DNA of 64,000 nucleotides from a virus: positions 3,809 through 67,808 of IMG/VR virus record IMGVR_UViG_3300029787_000024; one strand, 5' to 3'. Made by a program: the position numbers and the translations under genes. The notes under the pieces are model-generated. The model was not told where the DNA came from. It did not search any database and saw nothing but the letters and a program-made list of their open reading frames with translations. Shown piece after piece: positions 1 through 5,837 of the stretch (positions are counted from its first letter, which is position 1; each line of letters begins with the position of its first letter).

Positions 1-461
1 ATATGTTGGTAGTCTTTTATATTAAGCCTTACCTCATCAATCATTCCACTTGTTCTTTCAAAGAATAAAGACAATATACTTGTAGAATAAGAACATGAAC
101 CTACAAATTTATTTATAGGATAAGAATAAACACGTTGAATATCGGAATTATAATCTCTTTCCACAAAAACATCATATTGCTCTGCCTTAAAATCATCAAT
201 AACCGCATCAGTTATGGTGGTAGCAAGTGTAACCCTACTAGCTCCAGTTGATGCATTTATTGTTCCAATATCTGTTTTTACTTTATCGCTATTGTAATAT
301 TTTACCTTGTCCCCAAGTTTAAGTTTTTTTGTAGACCAATCTATATATTTAGGGTCATTAGTTTCCCAATAACTATTTACAAAATTTCCACCAGAATTAG
401 TTACAGTAGCTTTTCCTAATTTAATTATATCTGGATTATATGAGAATATTATATGATACAT
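1..461 (-). CDS. Truncated ORF (runs off window), member of the ~100-aa paralogous domain family
   Basis: ATG at 461 overlaps the stop of 461..763 (TAATG); open to base 1; MYHIIFSY...VYSYPINKFVGSCSYSTSILSLFFERTSGMIDEVRLNI resembles neighbours. Confidence 0.75.
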   Translation of the reverse strand, partial: MYHIIFSYNPDIIKLGKATVTNSGGNFVNSYWETNDPKYIDWSTKKLKLGDKVKYYNSDKVKTDIGTINASTGASRVTLATTITDAVIDDFKAEQYDVFVERDYNSDIQRVYSYPINKFVGSCSYSTSILSLFFERTSGMIDEVRLNIKDYQH

Positions 462-763
462 TATTTTGTAACTATTTTAACAAATGTTCCTACAGCAGTT
501 ACATCTTCAATGTCATATATTGAATCTGTATCAGAAAAAACTATCACAGATTCAGAAGAAGAATTAAATATTTCTCCTATAGACTTAATAGCTCTTTCAC
601 CTGTATTAGCATTAACAGTTAATGGTATTTTATAAGAAAGTGGAGCTTTTTCAAAATATAAGTCTAATACAGTAGAAGATGAGTACTTTCCTCCCATAAA
701 GTGTCTAACGGGTAATAATAAGTAATCCGTTTCACTATTTACAAACAAAACATATCTTTCCAT
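461..763 (-). CDS. Hypothetical protein, paralogous ~100-aa domain family (probably virion-associated)
   Basis: ORF track; LLPVRHFMGG..SSTVLDLYFE shared with 1261..2025. Confidence 0.8.
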   Translation of the reverse strand: MERYVLFVNSETDYLLLPVRHFMGGKYSSSTVLDLYFEKAPLSYKIPLTVNANTGERAIKSIGEIFNSSSESVIVFSDTDSIYDIEDVTAVGTFVKIVTK

Positions 764-767
764 TTTA

Positions 768-775
768 CAAATATA
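768..775 (-). promoter_or_regulatory. Bacteroidota -7 promoter element TATATTTG
   Basis: Exact TAnnTTTG, 4 nt before ATG at 763. Confidence 0.65.
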
Positions 776-777
776 CT

Positions 778-845
778 AAAAAAAATAGGAGGCCATGTAG
801 ACCTCCCAACCATGAAAACTGAATTAGAAAAGAACTATAAAGATA
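778..845 (-). ncRNA. Candidate small RNA: TATCTTTA element, pyrimidine-rich body, GGAGG/CCTCC hairpin and U-tract
   Basis: Intergenic promoter-like element at 838-845 and intrinsic terminator at about 778-806. Confidence 0.4.
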
Positions 846-857
846 CGAATAATATTT

Positions 858-1211
858 TTAACGTTTTCCGCCAAAATATTTTTTAGCATGTCCTTCTCTA
901 ACTAATATATCATTTACGCTTATTTCTTGGTCTTTCTCTACATACATCTCTCCTAATATCCTTCCATACTTACCCTTACCATGTGATTTCATAATAATAT
1001 TATCACTAGCAAGTATTTCCTTTAATCTTTCTTTTGCAGCTAGACCTTTCTTTTTTTCTTCTAAATCTCTAGTTCTAGACTCAGGCGCATTAATACCATA
1101 CATTCTTACACGTCTTTTAATGTGTGTATTAAAACCTAAATCTATCATTACATCTACCGTATCGCCATCCACGACACGCTTGACCTCGACATCATAATTG
1201 TACTTTTCCAT
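858..1211 (-). CDS. Thermonuclease (SNase-like)
   Basis: VVDGDTV, RVRMYGINAPE, GKYGRILG, VNDILVREGHA motifs. Confidence 0.92.
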   Translation of the reverse strand: MEKYNYDVEVKRVVDGDTVDVMIDLGFNTHIKRRVRMYGINAPESRTRDLEEKKKGLAAKERLKEILASDNIIMKSHGKGKYGRILGEMYVEKDQEISVNDILVREGHAKKYFGGKR

Positions 1212-1260
1212 AACCTATTATATTAAACGCGAAGCGTTTCAAAATTTTTTATACCACCCT

Positions 1261-2025
1261 TTAAGTAAATACAGACACTATTGTTACATACCCCCCATCA
1301 ATTTCATCACTTGAACCATCTGAAGTCACTCTTATTATTAAATAATTTGTGTCATCGGCAGTTACTTCAGTGGCTAAGGTACATAGACTATCTATTGAAG
1401 TGGCTCCAGTTCCAACATCTACTATTACTTTATGTGTTATATCTCCTTTATATACATAAAAGTTCTGACCTGTGTCGCTACCATAAACCCTAACCTGTGT
1501 AGCTTTAAATCCAAGAGGTATCGCCACTGTAGCAAACATATCGTTAGAGCCATCGCTATGTAAAAATAATAAACTACTACCAATACTAGAGTCATCCATC
1601 ATTATAGGGCTACCATTATCTGCGGCTACAAAATCTTTTGGTAATATTTTTATTCTACTTCTATGACCATGCCAACCCATGTCATGCAGATTACCGCCAA
1701 CAAATGTCCACGCAACATCTGATATATGTGTAGAAGGAAAGCTGTCAGTCTCTTTATCAAACTCTATATATATCTTTTCTCCAGTTGAGAATTCCTTTAC
1801 TATATCTTGTAAAGTTTCTTTGTGCTTATTTGCAGTTATTGTAAGGGAAACCATAAATTGGTCCATACCTTGAGTTTCCGCGTCTTCAAGTATAGGTTCA
1901 AAATAAAGTTCTAACACAGTATCTGAAGAAGCATGACCACCACTAAAAGTCTTTATAGGTATAACTATATACCCTTCTGAGGTGCTATTTGTACTACTTC
2001 CATTTAATATTATAAACTTTTGCAT
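1261..2025 (-). CDS. Paralogous-family N-domain fused to a beta-rich fibre-like C-domain
   Basis: N-terminal ~110 aa align by eye with 461..763 and 2025..2375; C-terminal half is beta-rich. Confidence 0.7.
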   Translation of the reverse strand: MQKFIILNGSSTNSTSEGYIVIPIKTFSGGHASSDTVLELYFEPILEDAETQGMDQFMVSLTITANKHKETLQDIVKEFSTGEKIYIEFDKETDSFPSTHISDVAWTFVGGNLHDMGWHGHRSRIKILPKDFVAADNGSPIMMDDSSIGSSLLFLHSDGSNDMFATVAIPLGFKATQVRVYGSDTGQNFYVYKGDITHKVIVDVGTGATSIDSLCTLATEVTADDTNYLIIRVTSDGSSDEIDGGYVTIVSVFT

Positions 2026-2375
2026 TATAAGTTCTCTGTATTTACTGTTATAGCCAAAACACTAGTTACTCCACTTATAAACTCATTAGTTACTTGGTCA
2101 GCTATTGTTATAAAAATATCATTTCCTGTAGAAAATTCTTCTAAAACATTTTTAATAGTTGCAAGCTCTCCACTACATGTAACCCAAACATGGTCCCTGT
2201 CTCCACCTGCCCTTATTACCATTTCATGTATTGTTTTAAAATAAAAAACTATATTTCCATTATTTATGGTAGTAACGCCTCTAAAAGAGCTTAAAGGAAA
2301 CATAACAGAAGAAGTCCTATCATCATCGTCAGCCACGTCAGTGACATATCTAAAGTAAACATACTTTTCATTCAT
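2025..2375 (-). CDS. Hypothetical protein, paralogous ~100-aa domain family
   Basis: KYVYFR..SVMFPLSSF..EEFSTG..ITIAD. Confidence 0.8.
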   Translation of the reverse strand: MNEKYVYFRYVTDVADDDDRTSSVMFPLSSFRGVTTINNGNIVFYFKTIHEMVIRAGGDRDHVWVTCSGELATIKNVLEEFSTGNDIFITIADQVTNEFISGVTSVLAITVNTENL

Positions 2376-2379
2376 TATA

Positions 2380-2387
2380 CAAAACTA
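2380..2387 (-). promoter_or_regulatory. Bacteroidota -7 promoter element TAGTTTTG
   Basis: Exact TAnnTTTG, 4 nt before ATG at 2375. Confidence 0.65.
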
Positions 2388-2545
2388 CAAAAATTTTTTT
2401 TATTTTTTTTATACACATGGAAATGGGAAGGTCTATACTACCATAGCCCCCTCGGGCTCGGGATTTCGAACCCTCCCCCTCAAAGTCTAGAGGAAACTGT
2501 ACTACACAGAAAAAGCATCCTTATTATTAGCATAAGTAATTATTA

Positions 2546-2561
2546 TGCTGTTCCACAGTGT
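2546..2561 (+). promoter_or_regulatory. Early repeated motif copy 1 (TGCTGTTCCACAGTGT), candidate virion-RNAP promoter
   Basis: One of 5 strong intergenic same-orientation copies. Confidence 0.6.
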
Positions 2562-2574
2562 AGAAGGTGTTCGT

Positions 2575-2727
2575 TACACTCACTATTGTTCAATACAACT
2601 GTTCACTATCATCTGCTTACTTGTGTGTATGAATGGATGAGTGAACCACATTATCCTGCTATAATTACTATGAGTATGATATGATGTGTTTGATAGTTCA
2701 CTTAGTTGTATATTGTTTAGGTGATTT
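2575..2727 (+). ncRNA. Candidate multi-stem ncRNA downstream of first early motif
   Basis: No ORF; stems CAATACAACT/AGTTGTATATTG and GTTCAC-TA-TCATCTG/TGGATGA-GTGAAC. Confidence 0.4.
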
Positions 2728-2762
2728 GCATAGTTAGTATGTACTATCTGTCCCACACCCTC

Positions 2763-2793
2763 CCAAGTTACGAAAAAAAAATGACATTGTCAA
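2763..2793 (-). promoter_or_regulatory. Leftward host-type promoter TTGACA-17 nt-TAACTTGG
   Basis: TTGACA at 2793-2788 and TAACTTGG at 2770-2763. Confidence 0.5.
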
Positions 2794-2857
2794 GTGCATA
2801 TTGCTAACTATTTGGATGAGTATACTATTTGAGTGTTCTGTTCAAGTTGTGTTATTA

Positions 2858-2873
2858 TGCTGTTCTACAATGT
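2858..2873 (+). promoter_or_regulatory. Early repeated motif copy 2 (TGCTGTTCTACAATGT)
   Basis: 35 nt upstream of ATG 2909. Confidence 0.65.
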
Positions 2874-2908
2874 TTAATAAATGTTTAACCAATTAAAATT
2901 ATAATGCT

Positions 2909-3250
2909 ATGAATAACTTATATAACTATTACTGTGAATTTGAAGAAACATATGGCACAGGTTCTAATACAGCACGCAAGGTTGTAGAATACTTATCTAA
3001 CAATAGATACTTGCTACACAAATTGTTTGAAGCAACGCGTGACTTACCTTTCCATAACTATGAAGACTATCGTAAGTTTATTATATCTACATATAATCAC
3101 GATATGTATTCTCTAGTATCTGATGAGTTGCAAACTAACAAAGAACCACGTCAATGTATTGATTGTGGAGAAACTTACGAGAGTGAGCACATATGTCTCT
3201 ACGATGAAGAGCCTAACTACGAAGATTGGTGGGGAATACCTGCAGTGTAA
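2909..3250 (+). CDS. Early hypothetical protein with C-terminal CxxC...HxC Zn-ribbon-like motif
   Basis: CIDCGETYESEHIC; A/T-rich leader. Confidence 0.75.
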   Translation: MNNLYNYYCEFEETYGTGSNTARKVVEYLSNNRYLLHKLFEATRDLPFHNYEDYRKFIISTYNHDMYSLVSDELQTNKEPRQCIDCGETYESEHICLYDEEPNYEDWWGIPAV

Positions 3251-3257
3251 ACTGTTT

Positions 3258-3273
3258 TGCTGTTCCCCAATGT
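3258..3273 (+). promoter_or_regulatory. Early repeated motif copy 3 (TGCTGTTCCCCAATGT)
   Basis: Upstream of ATG 3306. Confidence 0.65.
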
Positions 3274-3305
3274 TTATAATTTGTTTAATCTAAATCTTAT
3301 TTAAA

Positions 3306-3455
3306 ATGGAAAAATTCGCTAATAAATTTCTTGATATACTAGCTAATAAAAAGGCAGAAACATTTATCATAGGCTTTCTTGGTCTTGGTATGTTATATGT
3401 TGTAGTAATGACTGTACTTCTTGCGTACACTCTAATTACTAATGGTACAGTATAA
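3306..3455 (+). CDS. Small membrane protein (49 aa, not in ORF track)
   Basis: MEKFANKFLDILANKKAETFIIGFLGLGMLYVVVMTVLLAYTLITNGTV. Confidence 0.7.
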   Translation: MEKFANKFLDILANKKAETFIIGFLGLGMLYVVVMTVLLAYTLITNGTV

Positions 3456-3517
3456 AGGATTGGTCAGTAGCCTAAATAACAACTGAAGACACCGAGATGT
3501 GGATAAACTATAATATA

Positions 3518-3578
3518 AATGAGAGTTAAGTTGGATAGAATCAGACAGCATCTTTAGATATTCAACTAATCTCTCATT
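3518..3578 (+). other. Long imperfect intergenic hairpin
   Basis: AATGAGAG-TTAAGTTGGATA pairs with TATTCAACTAA-TCTCTCATT. Confidence 0.6.
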
Positions 3579-3636
3579 ATAATCTAAGGTTAAGTCCTCT
3601 CACCTTAAGTAGAGGATATCACTATCATTAATCGCT

Positions 3637-3726
3637 ATGGATAAATCATTATACACAGAGTATGAGATACAACAAATACGCGAGTATGGTTATGTCAAAT
3701 ATCCTGTTAAAAAGAAAAAGAAATGA
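3637..3726 (+). CDS. Tiny hypothetical protein (29 aa)
   Basis: MDKSLYTEYEIQQIREYGYVKYPVKKKKK; stop overlaps next ATG (ATGA). Confidence 0.55.
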   Translation: MDKSLYTEYEIQQIREYGYVKYPVKKKKK

Positions 3727-3839
3727 AAAAACTATTATTATTAATGCTATGCATACTATTCTTATCCTCTTGTGCTTCATCTAAAATGAACGCTTGTTGG
3801 GGTAGCAATGGTAAGGCTAAAAATGGACTGTACAAGTAA
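3723..3839 (+). CDS. Small lipoprotein (38 aa)
   Basis: MKKLLLLMLCILFLSS-C signal peptide II / lipobox. Confidence 0.75.
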   Translation: MKKLLLLMLCILFLSSCASSKMNACWGSNGKAKNGLYK

Positions 3840-3844
3840 TGTTG

Positions 3845-3860
3845 TGCTGTTCTTCAATGT
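3845..3860 (+). promoter_or_regulatory. Early repeated motif copy 4 (TGCTGTTCTTCAATGT)
   Basis: Upstream of ATG 3914. Confidence 0.65.
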
Positions 3861-3913
3861 AGGTTATGTTGCTCGCCTTTAAGAGTAACGCAATTATTAA
3901 ATTATTTTAAGCT

Positions 3914-4513
3914 ATGAATTATGATAAAATTTTTAGTGGCGTTACAACAGTAATGCAAAAGAAAGACACAAACGAGGGAGTTGTGTCGGGGACTCTAACG
4001 AGTTTAAAACCAGATTTTCCTTACTTTATGTACAATGGAACAGACGCTGATGGTATCTTAAAAACAGATAAACCAGCCAAACCATTTAATATGGCAAATA
4101 TTGTACTTAAGAAAAATGTTAAAGTAAATGGTACTTATACTACCAGATACTATAAAGCATTTGCTATTAATATTCTAAATGATGTACAAAGTGAATCTAA
4201 AATAACTACATACAATACTATGATATTTAGAGGTACTACAATAGAAGAGATAGCAAAGGAAATGAAAAGTGGTGACTTAACTAAGTCTAAAGCGTTTGTA
4301 TCTATAATGATTGAAAACAATATAGATGTAACAAATGACTTTGTAGGTCAGCTTGAAAAGGGTGTAACATTTGCACAAAGATATGTAAGAAACAGTAGTG
4401 ACTTATCATTTGTTAGTGCAAAGTACTATACAGAACGTCTTAACAGACAAAATAGTACAGTTGTGTCTGAGCCTGTAACAGCAGAATTAGCTGAAGCAGA
4501 CTTACCACTATAA
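3914..4513 (+). CDS. Early hypothetical protein with acidic tail (possibly ssDNA-binding)
   Basis: Own motif and terminator; ends ELAEADLPL. Confidence 0.8.
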   Translation: MNYDKIFSGVTTVMQKKDTNEGVVSGTLTSLKPDFPYFMYNGTDADGILKTDKPAKPFNMANIVLKKNVKVNGTYTTRYYKAFAINILNDVQSESKITTYNTMIFRGTTIEEIAKEMKSGDLTKSKAFVSIMIENNIDVTNDFVGQLEKGVTFAQRYVRNSSDLSFVSAKYYTERLNRQNSTVVSEPVTAELAEADLPL

Positions 4514-4517
4514 TTAT

Positions 4518-4548
4518 TAGGGAGGGTGTAACAACTCTCCCTATTTTT
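4518..4548 (+). terminator. Intrinsic terminator
   Basis: TAGGGAGGGT/ACTCTCCCTA hairpin plus T-run. Confidence 0.8.
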
Positions 4549-4761
4549 TAAATATTATGTTCGCTACGCTCACTATTTTTTTAACCTCTGTTCGCCACAG
4601 AGGAGGCTATACGTGTCCTGCGGACATATTTTTTATAACACAAAGACTATGCACAAGACTGGTTCACTATCATAGGCACGGTAGTTTACATCAATCCTGT
4701 AATGTTTTGTTTTGCTTTTCTTTGTTGTTGTTTTTTGTTTAACTATTTAAATTATTACGCT

Positions 4762-4872
4762 ATGATTACAGATATTAATACAGAGGATAATGTTATCCTT
4801 GGCTTCTATTGTTCAGATGACAGTATTAGTGAAGATATATTTGATACATTTGTGTCAAGTTATATATCATAA
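4762..4872 (+). CDS. Tiny acidic protein (36 aa)
   Basis: MITDINTEDNVILGFYCSDDSISEDIFDTFVSSYIS; typical leader and GCTATG start. Confidence 0.55.
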   Translation: MITDINTEDNVILGFYCSDDSISEDIFDTFVSSYIS

Positions 4873-4877
4873 GATAT

Positions 4878-5022
4878 AGTAAGACGGATTAAAACCATGG
4901 AATGAAACCCAAGGTCTGCCAAGTGGGTCAAACCACGCAATAGAGTATACAAAAGGTGTAGTTTACCTCTCAAATTGGTTCTATTGTCCCGTTAAAAAAC
5001 TCGGCCATGGAGCCGTCTTACT
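4878..5022 (+). ncRNA. Candidate ~145-nt structured ncRNA
   Basis: Nested stems AGTAAGACGG/CCGTCTTACT, CCATGG/CCATGG, CAATAGAG/TTCTATTG, AGGT/ACCT. Confidence 0.55.
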
Positions 5023-5030
5023 TTTATATA

Positions 5031-5120
5031 AATAAGGATATTAGGTTACAGATTAACAATTTTTTTTGGTTATTGCACGTTATTTTTCATAATATGTTAT
5101 TCTGTAACCAATACCTTATT
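5031..5120 (+). ncRNA. Long hairpin with U-rich loop containing an anti-ATG sequence
   Basis: Arms 5031-5058 and 5095-5120; loop contains TTATTTTTCATAAT. Confidence 0.5.
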
Positions 5121-5129
5121 ACAATATTC

Positions 5130-5217
5130 AGGGGAGCGCTCGGCGTAAGTAGCGGTTATTCACTCAGTCGTACGTGTAAGCTGCAGCTAAGCACGTGTGA
5201 GCTCCCCTATTTTTTTT
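5130..5217 (+). ncRNA. GC-rich multi-stem element ending in a U-tract
   Basis: AGGGGAGC/GCTCCCCT outer stem; inner ACGTG/CACGT and TTCAC/GTGAG. Confidence 0.5.
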
Positions 5218-5236
5218 AACCTTTAAAATTTATGCT

Positions 5237-5452
5237 ATGGAAATATATGGAATTAAAATGAAAACATATTTATTTAACAATATTACAGATGAAACAATAA
5301 CTAAAGAATGTGTTATAGATAATACAATGTATCAAACATTAGAAGACGCTGTAATTCAATTAGAATTAATATACAATTCACCAGAATTTGATGATGAATC
5401 AGATGAGGTAGAGTATTATATAGAATCATATACATTAGAAATAAACGATTAA
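5237..5452 (+). CDS. Small acidic early protein
   Basis: ORF track; TTAACCTTTAAAATT leader. Confidence 0.7.
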   Translation: MEIYGIKMKTYLFNNITDETITKECVIDNTMYQTLEDAVIQLELIYNSPEFDDESDEVEYYIESYTLEIND

Positions 5453-5470
5453 CCTTTAAAATATATAATT

Positions 5471-5599
5471 ATGCTTGAAAAAAATAATGATTATGAAGAT
5501 AATCCTGAATATGATAAAATAAATAAAGCTATTCAAGAAGAATTAGAACAAGAAATGATTATGCATACTAAAGATATGTTAAAAGAAATGAAAAGTTAA
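5471..5599 (+). CDS. Small acidic protein (42 aa)
   Basis: MLEKNNDYEDNPEYDKINKAIQEELEQEMIMHTKDMLKEMKS; same leader type. Confidence 0.6.
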   Translation: MLEKNNDYEDNPEYDKINKAIQEELEQEMIMHTKDMLKEMKS

Positions 5600-5690
5600 G
5601 TTTTTCATAGCGAGCCACAGGTAAGTGTGGGACTACACGGTCAAATTTTAAACAAAATCAATGAAAGAGTGCTTACCCACTCTTTTTTTT
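5600..5690 (+). ncRNA. Candidate kissing-loop RNA / terminator
   Basis: CCACA-GGTAAG-TGTGG and AAAGAGTG-CTTACC-CACTCTTT have exactly complementary loops. Confidence 0.55.
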
Positions 5691-5717
5691 ATTAACTATC
5701 ACTAAAAATTTACAACC

Positions 5718-5789
5718 ATGGACGATATTACAGACAATATATTTATAGCAATCATTATACTATTCCTTGCTTATATGTTTATAGGATAA
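5718..5789 (+). CDS. Tiny single-TM peptide (23 aa)
   Basis: MDDITDNIFIAIIILFLAYMFIG. Confidence 0.5.
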   Translation: MDDITDNIFIAIIILFLAYMFIG

Positions 5790-5794
5790 TGTTT

Positions 5795-5810
5795 TGCTGT
5801 TCTACAAAGT
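5795..5810 (+). promoter_or_regulatory. Early repeated motif copy 5 (TGCTGTTCTACAAAGT)
   Basis: Upstream of ATG 5838. Confidence 0.65.
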
Positions 5811-5837
5811 TATGTTTAACCTTATAAAATTAAAATT

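Noticed and set aside
3463-3508. Hammerhead-like GTC...CTGAAGA-CAC/GTG-GATAAAC
   Set aside because: No GAAA after stem II, and stem I cannot form adjacent to CUGA
4585-4607. Pseudoknot between loop GCC and downstream GGC
   Set aside because: Only 3 bp with a 1-nt linker; sterically unlikely
4557-4742. 61-aa + strand ORF
   Set aside because: Runs through hairpins and a T-rich low-complexity tract; unlikely to be coding
5131-5207. tRNA gene
   Set aside because: No T-loop consensus, D-arm or CCA
5007-5219. 70-aa + strand ORF
   Set aside because: Overlaps three strong RNA structures and lacks the A/T leader seen on real genes
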